Shown here piece by piece: positions 1 to 10,900 of a stretch of 64,000 nt of DNA. The notes below the pieces were generated by a model. The model saw nothing but the letters and a program-made list of their open reading frames with translations. It was not told where the DNA came from and made no database searches. The position numbers and the translations under genes are program-made. Origin of the DNA: an uncultured delta proteobacterium (GTDB lineage: Bacteria > Desulfobacterota > Binatia > Binatales > Binataceae); contig CAWJET010000001.1 in the NCBI GenBank assembly GCA_963842085.1, forward strand, positions 2,144,001-2,208,000, read 5' to 3'. The stretch's first letter is position 1. Each line of letters begins with the position of its first letter.

Positions 1-741
1 ACGGCGCTCAGCATCAATTGGGGAGCGTGGAGCGGATTGGGCTTCGCGGAAGCGCCGGGAGGAAAGCGCCTTGCCGCGCGCCTCGCGCTCCTCGGAATCA
101 AGAGCATCGCACCTGAGCAGGCGCTGGAAGTGATGGATCGGCTGCTCCGGCAGGGCTCGACCCAGGTCGCGGTGGTGCCCGTTGACTGGGCGCGGTATCG
201 CCAGTTCTATCCGGCGGGAACAGAGTCGCCGCTGCTGTCTGAGCTTGCACGTGAGGAAGCTGACAACTCACCGCAAGCAGGTCATCCATGCGAGAAGAGG
301 GATAGGCTCATTGCCGCAGAACCAGCGGAGCGCCTTCAGTTAGCCCTGTCCTACCTGACAGAGCTGGTGGCTCGTGTACTAGGGCAGTCCGCATCCAAGG
401 TGGACGTACAACAACCGCTGAGCACTATGGGACTGGACTCTCTGATGGCGGTCGAGTTGAAAAACCGGATCGCAGTTGACCTGGGCGTCAACCTGCCCAT
501 GGTCACCTTTCTCTCGGGACCCAGCGTCGAGCAGGCTGCGTCGCAACAGATCCTTCTACTTACATCTGAAGCTTTTGCTGTGTCAGTGCCGCTTGGCTCG
601 GTAAATGGTCACCCCCGAGGACAGCAAGGAAACGGCGGCATCGAGGAACATCTGTTGGAAAGTCTTGACCAGTATTCCGATGAGGAACTGAATTCGTTGC
701 TCACAGATCTATTGGCTAAAGAGGAAGTCAGTGAAAAGTGA
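1..741 (+). CDS. Type I PKS, C-terminal part (end of KR domain + ACP); begins upstream of the window
   Basis: Frame is open from base 1 (TALSINWGAWSG, the KR C-terminal motif); ACP motif MGLDSLMAVEL; C-terminal docking-like helix; stop overlaps the next start. Confidence 0.9.
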   Translation, partial: TALSINWGAWSGLGFAEAPGGKRLAARLALLGIKSIAPEQALEVMDRLLRQGSTQVAVVPVDWARYRQFYPAGTESPLLSELAREEADNSPQAGHPCEKRDRLIAAEPAERLQLALSYLTELVARVLGQSASKVDVQQPLSTMGLDSLMAVELKNRIAVDLGVNLPMVTFLSGPSVEQAASQQILLLTSEAFAVSVPLGSVNGHPRGQQGNGGIEEHLLESLDQYSDEELNSLLTDLLAKEEVSEK

Positions 742-2321
742 ATAGTAGCACTTCCCAGCGAATCGCCGATCTTTCACCGGGCGAAAAGCGTGCTCTGCTG
801 GCCGAGCTTCTTCGAAAAAAGGCAGGCCAGTCCGCGTCCTCTCATCCGCTCTCCTACAACCAGCAAGGGATATGGTTTCTTTGCCAACTCGCTCCTGAGA
901 GCTCGGTTTACAATGTCAATTTTGCGGCGCGCATAAGCGCTGAAATAGATATTTCGGCACTAAGGCGCGCGCTTCAGGCGCTAGTCGATCGGCACCCCGC
1001 CCTGCGCACTACGTTCCCCGTGCGTTGCGGCAAACCGATCCAGCGAGTCCACGAAGCCCAGCAGGTTCATTTCCAGGAAGTGGAATGTTCGAGCTGGAGC
1101 CCCGAGGAACTAAACACCCGATTGCTGGAAGAGGCCTACTGTCGATTTGATCTGGAGCAAGGGCCTCTGCTGCGGGTGACCCTGTTCACTCAATCGGCAC
1201 GGGAGCACATTCTCCTGCTGGTAGTGCATCACATCGTCATCGATTTTTGGTCGCTCGCGATACTTCTCGATGAACTCGGGGTACTATACCCGGCGGAAAG
1301 CGTGGGCGTGAAAGCGCCCCTGCCTCCTCTCGATTTAAAATACACAGACTATGTCCGTTGGCAGGCCGATATGTTGGCAGGCCCGGAAGGAGAGCGGCAG
1401 TGGACCTACTGGCAGAAGCAACTTGCCGGGCAGCTGCCGGTACTTCAGCTTCGGACTGATCGGCCGCGCACCCAGAATCCGACTTATCGAGGCGCGTCTC
1501 ACGACTTCGGTATGGACGCGGAACTGAGCTCTGGGCTCAAGGCGTTGGCCAAGGCTCACGGAGCGACACTGTACATAGTGCTTCTGGCGGCGTTCCAAGT
1601 GATGCTTTCCTACAATAGCGGCCAGGAAGACCTGTTGGTGGGATCTCCTATGGTGGGCAGGAGTCGGGCCGAGTTCGAAGGAATCGTCGGCCTCTTTACA
1701 AACCCGGTCGTCTTGAGGGCAAATCTGTCCGGGAACCCGACGTTCCGAGAATATGTTCGCCAGGTTCGCCACACCGTGCTGTCCGCTCTCGAGCATCAGG
1801 ATTACCCCACCGTTCTATTGGTTGAGCGCCTGCGGCCGCCCCGCGATCTTAGCCGCCCGCCGCTGTGCCAGGTGATGTTCGTGCTCGACAAGCCCCATCG
1901 GCTCGCGCAACCAGGCGCGTCTGCATTTGTGGCGGCCGAAACAGGGCTGCGCATGAATCCCGGGGGACTTGTCCTGGAGTCGGTGGCGCTGGAACGCCGT
2001 GCCGCCACTCTCGACCTGGTCTTGTTGATAATCGAGGGGCAGGAATCGCTGGCCGCTTCCATGCGCTACAACAGCGACCTGTTTGATAACGCGACCATTG
2101 CCCGGATGTCGCAGCATTACGAAATACTTCTGCGTCGCATTCTTCAAGAGCCCACCGCCAGACTGGATGCGCTGAAGCTCGCACTCGCCGCGGCGGACCG
2201 GCAACAACAGGTGAACGTCCGGAGGAAGCATAAGGAAGTCAACATTCAAAAACTCAAATACATCAAGCGCAAGAACATCATAACGTCGCAACTGAGCATT
2301 GAAGCCGTCGCGCGAAAGTAG
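738..2321 (+). CDS. Stand-alone NRPS condensation-domain protein
   Basis: PLSYNQQGIWF, RHPALRT, HHIVIDFWS active site, VGLFTNPVVLR; no A or T domain in 527 aa. Confidence 0.9.
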   Translation: MNSSTSQRIADLSPGEKRALLAELLRKKAGQSASSHPLSYNQQGIWFLCQLAPESSVYNVNFAARISAEIDISALRRALQALVDRHPALRTTFPVRCGKPIQRVHEAQQVHFQEVECSSWSPEELNTRLLEEAYCRFDLEQGPLLRVTLFTQSAREHILLLVVHHIVIDFWSLAILLDELGVLYPAESVGVKAPLPPLDLKYTDYVRWQADMLAGPEGERQWTYWQKQLAGQLPVLQLRTDRPRTQNPTYRGASHDFGMDAELSSGLKALAKAHGATLYIVLLAAFQVMLSYNSGQEDLLVGSPMVGRSRAEFEGIVGLFTNPVVLRANLSGNPTFREYVRQVRHTVLSALEHQDYPTVLLVERLRPPRDLSRPPLCQVMFVLDKPHRLAQPGASAFVAAETGLRMNPGGLVLESVALERRAATLDLVLLIIEGQESLAASMRYNSDLFDNATIARMSQHYEILLRRILQEPTARLDALKLALAAADRQQQVNVRRKHKEVNIQKLKYIKRKNIITSQLSIEAVARK

Positions 2322-2884
2322 AATTACCCGAATGCAAATGGACGTTATCGAAGGGTTCCGGCTTTCACCGCAGCAAAGGCATCTATGGTCGTTACAGCAG
2401 CACAGCGGCGACGAACTGCCGTATCGTGCGCAATGCGCCATCCTCATCGAGGGGAGCCTCAACCTGCGGGTTCTAAGGGCTGTCCTGCGGGACATCTCAG
2501 ACCGATACGAGATCCTCCGAACCACTTTTCGTTGTCCGCACGGAATGACAATTCCTCTCCAAGGAGGTAAGGAGGAAAGTGCGCCTTCGATAGAGGAATA
2601 CGACCTGAGCACCTGCGACCCTTTGCGCCAAGAGGCGGAAATCGAAGCACTGTTTCAGGAACTTGGCCGGGTTCCCTTCGACCTTGCGAACGGGCCGGTC
2701 CTGCATATCTCCTTGCTAACCCTTGCGGCCGACCGGCACATGTTGTTCGTCAACGTGCCTTCGCTTTGCGCGGATGCGGCATCACTCAGGATTCTAGTGC
2801 GTGAGATCAGCCGCCGCTATTCAGCTTTCGTACGCGGCCAAGAACCATCAGGCGACCCTTCTCAATATGGTGATTTTGTTGCTA

Positions 2885-2913
2885 TTGACAGTCATCACGA
2901 TCTGCGCTAATTT
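2885..2913 (+). promoter_or_regulatory. Sigma70-type promoter with its -35 inside the left TIR
   Basis: TTGACA-17 bp-TAATTT; the predicted start site coincides with the ATG at 2920. Confidence 0.6.
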
Positions 2914-2919
2914 AACGTC

Positions 2920-3036
2920 ATGCCAGAGCGAGGACACGGAGCGCGCAATGTTCGCTTTATCTTGATCATTCTGTGCTGGCTCATCGCTATTCTGGTGTTT
3001 GTGCTGGCTGTTAACTACGCGGTGCTCAATCAATGA
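2920..3036 (+). CDS. 38-aa single-transmembrane microprotein, leaderless, coupled to the transposase
   Basis: MPERGHGARNVRFILIILCWLIAILVFVLAVNYAVLNQ*; stop overlaps the transposase starts (ATGATG); below the ORF-track length cutoff. Confidence 0.5.
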   Translation: MPERGHGARNVRFILIILCWLIAILVFVLAVNYAVLNQ

Positions 3037-3935
3037 TGACTTACGAACAATTCAACAAAGCGTTCTCGACCGATGACGCCTGCAAAGAATACATCGTTGC
3101 CAAGCGCTGGCCCGATGGCGTGCGATGCCCTCGCTGCAATCGGAAAGAGAAAGTCTACAAGCTGAAAGCGCCGTTCCGATGGACCTGCTGCAACAAGGAT
3201 TGTGGCGGGCGCTCCGGTTATCGATTCAGCGTGACCACTCACACGATCTTCGAGGATACAAAAGTCTCGCTGCGCATCTGGTTTCAAATCGGCTACTTGA
3301 TGTGGACTGCGAAGAAGGGACTTAGCTCGCTGCAAGTCCGGCGCGTCATTTTCGGCGAGGACTCGGGCACCGACTGGCGTACCGCTTGGTACATCTGCCA
3401 TCGTTGGCGCGCTGCGATGAAGGGCGATGCGATGCCGCTGACTGGCGACGTGGAAGTTGATGAAACCTTCATCGGCGGAAAGGCGCATAACATGCACGCC
3501 AAGGACCGCAAGCGCGCCGCGCTCACCGGCACCAAAGGCAAAGTCGCTGTCATCGGCGCAATCGCTCGCAAGGGAATGGTCGTGGCAAAAGTGATCGAGA
3601 ACACCGACACCGCAACTCTCGACAGTTTCGTTCGCCAGACCGTTTCCAAAGACGTGAAGCTGATCGCGACCGATGAGCATTCGGGATACCGGCTGCTTGG
3701 AAATTTCCTGCCGCATCGCGTCGTCCGCCACGGTCAAGGCGAATACGTGGTCGGCACCACTCACACCAACAGCATCGAAGGATTCTGGAGTCTGTTCAAA
3801 CGCGGAATCATCGGTTCGTATCATAAAGTGAACAAAGCCTATCTACCACTGTACGTGAATGAATTTGCGTGGCGCTTCAACAACCGCAAAAATCCGAACG
3901 CCTTTGCCGATTTGATTGCGACGTGCAGTAACTAG
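3033..3935 (+). CDS. IS1595/ISXO2-like DDE transposase
   Basis: RWPDGVRCPRC zinc ribbon, VEVDETFIGG, TDEHSGY, HTNSIEGFWS, YVNEFAWRFN. Confidence 0.95.
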   Translation: MMTYEQFNKAFSTDDACKEYIVAKRWPDGVRCPRCNRKEKVYKLKAPFRWTCCNKDCGGRSGYRFSVTTHTIFEDTKVSLRIWFQIGYLMWTAKKGLSSLQVRRVIFGEDSGTDWRTAWYICHRWRAAMKGDAMPLTGDVEVDETFIGGKAHNMHAKDRKRAALTGTKGKVAVIGAIARKGMVVAKVIENTDTATLDSFVRQTVSKDVKLIATDEHSGYRLLGNFLPHRVVRHGQGEYVVGTTHTNSIEGFWSLFKRGIIGSYHKVNKAYLPLYVNEFAWRFNNRKNPNAFADLIATCSN

Positions 3936-3967
3936 CGGGCACGCCATCGAAGCGCTAAAGTATCGGG

Positions 3968-4126
3968 GTGGCTTCCACAAAGCGAAGTGGCCGACCGGCC
4001 CGCAAAAGAAAATACGTCCCAAGTCCGGAGCAGCGCGCCGAAGACGAAAAATTGCGCGAGAAACTCCGCGGCTTCGATTTGAAGACTTTCGATAAAGCAT
4101 TGGATCGCGCGCTCCGCTCACGCTAG
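3968..4126 (+). CDS. 52-aa basic microprotein inside the IS
   Basis: GTG start; MASTKRSGRPARKRKYVPSPEQRAEDEKLREKLRGFDLKTFDKALDRALRSR*; fills the gap and overlaps the DUF3800 stop by 9 nt. Confidence 0.45.
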   Translation: MASTKRSGRPARKRKYVPSPEQRAEDEKLREKLRGFDLKTFDKALDRALRSR

Positions 4127-4957
4127 GCGCGCTCGCTCGATCTTTAGCTGAAAGTACAAATCGCGCAGCTCCTTGAGGCTGCTGTACGTAACCCACAGCC
4201 GATATTTTTTTTGAAGGGCGTCCATCGCGTACCGGATGGTCAGATCCGGCTTGTATTGAAGTCGCGAGATTTCTGCGCGGAGATGATATGCGGCTAGATC
4301 GGCAGCGTGGAGCGGCAACATATTCTTTTTCTCGCCGCCCATCGTGATCTGCCCTAAGACGTGGCCCATTTGTAAATCCCGCAGATGGGAAAAGATTTTA
4401 ATCACTTCTTCATCGAAGAACGGCTTCATGTTCTCGAAGAAAAAGTTCACGTGACGCTTTCGCAATTCGGGCACAAACGGCCCCTTCTCGAACGAATGCA
4501 ACATTGAGTTGACGCCGATAAAGAATGGATGCTTAATCTCGTCCCGAAAAGCCTGCGGCATTTGGGCGAGGTCTTTGGCGAGAACGAATCCAGCAACGCC
4601 GAACATTGTGTGGCAATCGATAATGGACGAGAGCTTTTCGACGAATTCCCGCTCTCTTTCCTCACACCAATCGCAGAAGAATCCCCTTTTGTATTGAAGA
4701 TCGAAGGCGTGAAACTTCTCCGGGGGAACCTCAAAGGCCTTCAACGCCCGACGCCATTCCATGTCGAATTTCGCCCACTGCGGAACAGTGGCGACGTAAC
4801 CCGCCGCGCCGGTCACCTCAGATCCCGGCAGTTGCCCCGTTTCGTCATGCGTTCCGCTATCATCGAAATATCCGCGTAGTACGGCCACGATTCGATCTCT
4901 GTTGTCCTGCCCAATTTCGATAAGCGATAAAAGATTCCAGCGCTCAGGATACAACAT
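4118..4957 (-). CDS. DUF3800-like (RNase H-fold) passenger protein; start may be the GTG at 4888
   Basis: N-terminal GYFDDSGT, central FHA, C-terminal LHAADLAAY, matching the DExG...QxAD pattern of DUF3800. Confidence 0.75.
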   Translation of the reverse strand: MLYPERWNLLSLIEIGQDNRDRIVAVLRGYFDDSGTHDETGQLPGSEVTGAAGYVATVPQWAKFDMEWRRALKAFEVPPEKFHAFDLQYKRGFFCDWCEEREREFVEKLSSIIDCHTMFGVAGFVLAKDLAQMPQAFRDEIKHPFFIGVNSMLHSFEKGPFVPELRKRHVNFFFENMKPFFDEEVIKIFSHLRDLQMGHVLGQITMGGEKKNMLPLHAADLAAYHLRAEISRLQYKPDLTIRYAMDALQKKYRLWVTYSSLKELRDLYFQLKIERARLA

Positions 4958-7900
4958 TTACCCTTCCCCAGCGGTGACTGTCAACAGCAACAAAATCACC
5001 TCTCAATATGCCGATCTTGCCGAGTGGGAAAATGACCTGTTGGAATCGGAAGAAACGCAGGAAGGAAAGAAGCGCTGGCACGAAGCGGAAGCCTCGGCTT
5101 TCCGCGTTCCGAAGCTTTCCTTCGAAAAGCGACCTTCCGCAAGGGCGGCCTTCGAGCCTCGGCTTCTGGCGTCGACGGTCAATCCTGAGTTGACCTCGAA
5201 GATTGGAAAGCTCGCGGCCAAGTATGACGCCTCGGCCTCTGCGTTCTTCCTGGCTTGTTGGCAAACCCTGCTCTGGCGTCTCGCTGGCGAATCGGACTTT
5301 GTGATCGGCTTAGCGTGCGATGGGCGTACTTACGAAGGACTGCAGGAAGCGCTCGGCCTGTTTGCTAAGACGCTGCCTGTTCACTGTCGGCTCGAAGGGC
5401 AGCTTCGGTTCAGTGAAGTTCTAGAGCGGACCAACGGATCGGCGCGTGAGGCCGTTGAATGGCAGGAGTATTTCAACTTTGAAGAACTTCCTCGATTGAA
5501 TGGAGTCGAGCCGCACCGCTTCTTTCCGATTGCTTTTGAATTCCAGGATGCGGAGGCGAGCTATACTGAGGGCGACACGACCTTTTCCATTCAGAAGCAA
5601 TACTGCTGTTTTGACCAATTCAAGTTGAAACTCTCCTGCGTACGGCGACGCGAACTGCTGGCCGTGGAGCTTCACTACGATTCCAACTTCTTTTGCGCTG
5701 AAGATGTCAAGCGCTTGGCACAAGAGTTCCTGACTCTGCTCGAGAGTGCCTGCGCAAATTCGGAGTCGCCAATCGCAGATCTGGAGGTCGTGAGCCCCAA
5801 TGAGCGGCGCCAGTTGCTGGTTGAGTTCAACGATACGCGGACCGACCACCTGGAAGACAAGTGTATCCACGAACTTTTCGCGGAACGCGCTCGGTATGCT
5901 CCGGAGAATGTCGCGATCGCTTTTAATGACCACTGTCTGACCTACGCTCAGCTCGAGGCTCGCGCCAATCAGCTAGCGCATCACCTGCAAAGTCTTGGAG
6001 TCGGTTCGGAAGTTCCGGTCGTGATCTGCATGGACCGTTCGTTGGAGATGGTCGTAGGTATCCTTGCTATTCTTAAGGCTGGCGGAGCATACGTGCCGCT
6101 GGATCCGGAATATCCCCAGAAGCACTTAGCCTACGTGATGGAAGACGTTCAGGCGCCGGTACTGCTGACGCAGGCAAGTCTGCGGAACAGAATACCGGAG
6201 CTTGGAATCAAAGTGGTGTGCGTAGACTCGGACTGGGAAGCCATCGCAAGGCATAGTGAAGAGGCCCCATCGCTCAGCGCAACCGCCAAAAACGCCGCAT
6301 ATGTGATCTACACTTCCGGTTCGACCGGACGGCCGAAGGGAGTAGTAGTCGAACACGGCGGACTGACCAATATTATTAACTGGGTAATAGAGACACTTGA
6401 GCTGTCATCCATCGACCGCTGTATTTTGAAAACGCCCATCACCTTTGATGCCGCTGGACGCGAATTGTTCGCGACGCTGTTGGCGGGAGGAACGCTGGTA
6501 ATTGCGGAACCTGGCGGTCATCGTGATAGCCGATACTTGGCCGACATCATACGTGGCCAGCAAATCTCAATTCTCCATTGCGTGCCATCGCTTCTCCGGC
6601 TCCTGATCGAGGAGCCTGCTTTTGACGAAAGCCTCGTCCTGCGCGCTGTCATGTGCGGCGGTGAGGCCTTAGCGTCCGAGAGCGTCACGCGATTCCAAAG
6701 TCGCACCCGGGCCAAGTTGTACAACGTCTATGGGCCGACTGAGACAGTCATCGACTGTGCATATTGGTCATGCGAAAAGGGCCCTATTAATTCTGCAATT
6801 CCTATCGGACGACCTATACCGAACGCGCAAGCATACATTTTAGACGATTCACTTCGCCTGCTTCCGATCGGTGTCGCGGGTAACTTGTACATAGGTGGTG
6901 CGAGTCTGGCACGGGGCTACGTCGGGCGACCCGATTTGACCGCTGAGAAATTTATTCCTGATCCCTTCAGCGACGAGTCAGGGTCGCGGCTGTATGAGAC
7001 CGGGGATCTCGCGCGCCACAGGCCAGATGGAAACATCGAGTTCCTGGGTCGTGGGGATCACCAGGTTAAGGTTCGCGGGTTCCGAATCGAACTTGGAGAA
7101 ATTGAGGGAACGCTGGGACAACACCCCCTGGTGCGGGAGGCAATCGTACAGGCTCAGGAAGTCGGGCCCGAAGAGAAACGGTTGGTGGCCTATGTGGCAG
7201 CCGGGAGAGAACCACGCCCCACTGCGAGCGAACTGCGCGGTTTTCTGAAAGACAAGCTGCCCGAGCACCTGGTGCCTACGTTGTTCGTGCTACTGGACGC
7301 TTTTCCACTAACCGCCAATGGTAAGGTGGATCGCCGCGCACTGCCGCCGCCGGACGGGCGGCGACTCGAACTGGACGAGGCATTCGTGGCATGCCGCACG
7401 CCTACGGAAGAGTTGCTCGCCGAGATCTGGGCCCAAGTCCTCGGCGTCGAACGAGTAGGTGTCCACGATAACTTCTTTCAGTTAGGCGGGCACTCGCTGT
7501 TGGCTACCCAGGTCGTTTCCCGAATCCGCGAAGCCTTCCAGATGGAGATGCCGCTACGCCGCCTGTTCGAGTCGCCCACCATTGCCGGCCTTGCTGAAAG
7601 CATTGACGCGGGTCGCGGAGCAGGGCGGCAAGCTCCTCCCATTGTGCCTGTTCCTCGGGACGGAGACCTGCCTCTGTCCTTTGCTCAACAGCGACTGTGG
7701 TTCATCAATCAGCTCGAACCAGGCAGCTCTGTCTACAATTTTCCCGCCGCCGTCCGTCTCAAGGGACCGCTCAACATTGTGGCGCTCAAGCTGAGTCTCG
7801 ACGAAATCGTGAAGCGCCATGAGGTCTTGCGGACGACCTTTGCCATTGTAGATGGCCGCCCGGTTCAGGTTATCGCACCGCTCCTGACGCTGACCCTGCC

Positions 7901-10900
7901 AATAGTGGATTTGCGAGAGCTGCCCGAGACCGAGCGGGAAGCCGAGGTCCAGCGGCTCGGGACGAACGAGGCAGCGCGGCCTTTTGATTTGGCACAAGGT
8001 CCGCTCGTGCGGGCTACCGTACTACGGCTGGGCGAAGACGAGCACGTCGGGCTGCTGACGATGCATCATATTGTTTCCGACGGCTGGTCAACTGGAATCC
8101 TGATCCGGGAGATGGCGGCACTCTACGACGCCTTTCGCGCGGGAAGGCCGTCATCGCTGCCCGCGCTGCCCCTCCAATACGCAGACTTTGCCCATTGGCA
8201 GCGAGATTGGTTGCAGGGTGAGGTTCTGGAGACTCAGCTTACCTATTGGAAGCAGCAACTGTTTGGTGCGCCTCCGCTCCTGGAGTTGCCCGCGGACCAT
8301 CCAAGACCCGCTGTACAAACTTTTCACGGAGCGCAGCAATCTATTCTATTGCCCCGGACCGTCGGCGATGGATTGAAGGCGCTAAGCCGCCAGGAAGGGC
8401 TTACTCTGTTTATGACCCTGCTGGCGGCGTTCAAGGTTTTGTTGCACGGGTACACGAATCAAGACGACATCGTCATAGGCACGCCGATCGCCAACCGTAA
8501 CCGGCTGGAGATCGAGGGGTTGATAGGATTTTTCGTAAACACGCTGGTCCTGCGCAGCGACCTGTCAGGCAATCCCAGTTTTCGGGAGCTTTTGCGCCGG
8601 GTGCGGGAAGTGTGCTTAGGAGCCTATGCCCATCAAGACCTGCCCTTCGAAAGGCTGGTCGAGGAATTGCACCTGGCGAGGGATCTAAGCCGTAATCCGC
8701 TCTTCCAGGTGATGTTTGTGCTGCAGAATGCGTCGCCGCAGGCGGTGGAACTGCCGGGCTTGAGCCTGAGTCCTGTGGAAGTCGACACCCGGACGACTTA
8801 CTTTGATCTGACTCTGCATATTGTCGACACCGATCAAGGTCTCGTCGGAACATTCGCATACAACACCGATTTGTTTGATGCCGTTACTATCACACGTATG
8901 CTTGGCCATTTTGCATCCTTACTCGAATCCGTGATCGCCGCTCCCGACCGACGCCTGTCGGACCTATCGCTATTAACCGAATCAGAGCGACAGCAAATAC
9001 TGGCGAACTGCAACGATGCCGGGAGTAATCGTCTCAACGAGCATATCCATCAACTCTTCGAAGCGCAGGTCGAGCGAACACCTGACGCGATAGCGGTAGT
9101 ACTTGAAGATCAGGAGCTGAGTTACAAAGAGCTGAACCACCGGGCCAATCAACTGGCGAATCATCTGCGGGCTCTGGGAGTGGGACCGGAGATACCAGTC
9201 GGACTCTGCCTCAAGCACTCGGTGGAGATGGTCGTTGGACTGCTCGGCATTCTAAAGGCGGGCGGGGTCTACTTGCCCCTGGAGCCAGCGTATCCGAAAG
9301 AGCGACTCGCCTTCATGCTGGAAGACGCCGAAGTCCCGGTGCTACTGACTCAGGAAGCGTTGCTGCCGGGATTGCCTGAACACCACGCGAAGGTCGTCTG
9401 TCTGGATTCAGATTGGGCGGCAATTGCACAGGAGAATGCGGAGAACCTGAATTGCCTGACCATGCCGGAGAACCTCGCTTACATAATCTATACCTCGGGA
9501 TCCACCGGTCAGCCGAAGGGAGTTCTTATTTCACATGCTTCGATCGCGGCGCATTGCCTAAACAGTCAAAAGTACTACGCGCTGGATTCGAGTGATAGGG
9601 TCCTCCAGTTTGCCTCTTTGAGTTTCGATCCATCATTGGAACAAATCCTCCCTACGTTCATCGTCGGCGCGACGCTGGTCATGATGAGTACCGAGGTGTG
9701 GGATACCACCGAATTTTACAAAAAGCTTTCGGAGTTCGGCCTCACCGTACTCAATATTCCGACCGGCTACTGGCAGGAACTGGCGCGAGAGTGGGCAGAC
9801 CTTTCGGACCTGATTCCAGATAACCAGGTCAGGGTCTTAATCGTCGGCGGAGATACGATGTTGCCCGAGTTCCTCGCGCTCTGGAAGCGAACACCAATGA
9901 GTTCGATCCGTCTAATCAATGCTTACGGCCCGACGGAGACGACAATAACAGCAACTGCGTTTGAGATCGCATCGCGATTCGGCGAGGTCTCGACTCTTCA
10001 GAGGATTCCAATTGGTCGTCCACTCGCTAACAGAGAGACCTACATTCTAGACAAGTACGGTAACCCTGTTCCGGTGGGAGTTCCAGGCGAACTGCATATC
10101 GGCGGTGACTGCTTAGCCAGAGGCTATCTGAATCAAGCCGATTTGACTGCGGAGAAGTTCGTCCCGAACCCCTTCAGCGGCGAGTCCGGAGCGCGCCTGT
10201 ACAAGACGGGTGACCTCGCCCGCTATCTCTCTGATGGAAGTATCGAGTTCCTTGGTCGAGTTGATCGTCAGGTGAAGATTCGCGGGTTTCGTGTGGAACT
10301 CGGGGAAATCGAGGCAGTGCTTCGCCAGCATTCTGCCGTGCGCGAGACGGTCGTCCTGGCTCGGGAAAACGGATCCGGAGAAAAGCAGTTGGTGGCCTAT
10401 GTGATCGGCCAGCGGGATTCCCAGCCAACGGCAAGTGAGTTATGTGCCTTTCTGAATGAGAAGCTGCCCGATTATCTGATGCCCGCGGTCTTCGTGCCGC
10501 TCGATGCTTTGCCGTTGATGCCCAACGGTAAGGTAGACCGTGACGCTCTGCCGTATCCCGAGCGAACACTATCCGAATCCGGCAGGGTGTTCGTGGCGCC
10601 GCGAAGTGCTCTGGAACTCCAGCTCGTCAATCTGTGGGAAGAAGTTTTGGGTGTTCGGCCCATCGGGCTGACGGACAATTTCTTCGAGCTGGGGGGGACA
10701 TTCCTTGGCAGCAGTTCATTTGTTCGCGTTGATAGAAAAGAGACTGGGCAAGAAAGTTCCATTAGCCACCGTGTTTCAGGGAGCAACGGTTGAGCATCTA
10801 GCGAATATTCTCCGCCAGCACGCCAAAGTGGTGCCAAGTTCATCTTTGGTGGCTATTCAACCGCACGGCAACAGACGGCCTCTCTTCCTTATACATCCGG

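Larger units (their letters stand above)
2869..5000 (+). mobile_element. IS1595-family element with passenger genes, 2132 bp
   Basis: 26-bp TIRs GGTGATTTTGTTGCTRTTGACAGTCA (2869-2894 and 4975-5000, 1 mismatch); direct repeat TCTCAATAT at 2860-2868 and 5001-5009; contains a DDE transposase. Confidence 0.95.

Noticed and set aside
3931-4095. Alternative frame after the transposase (…AIEALKYRGG…) as a frameshifted C-terminal extension
   Set aside because: No slippery sequence is evident and the transposase already ends after its last conserved motif; cannot be supported without homologs
4902-5009. N-terminus of the 1963-aa ORF as the true NRPS start
   Set aside because: It lies inside the IS right end; the real start is at ~2332
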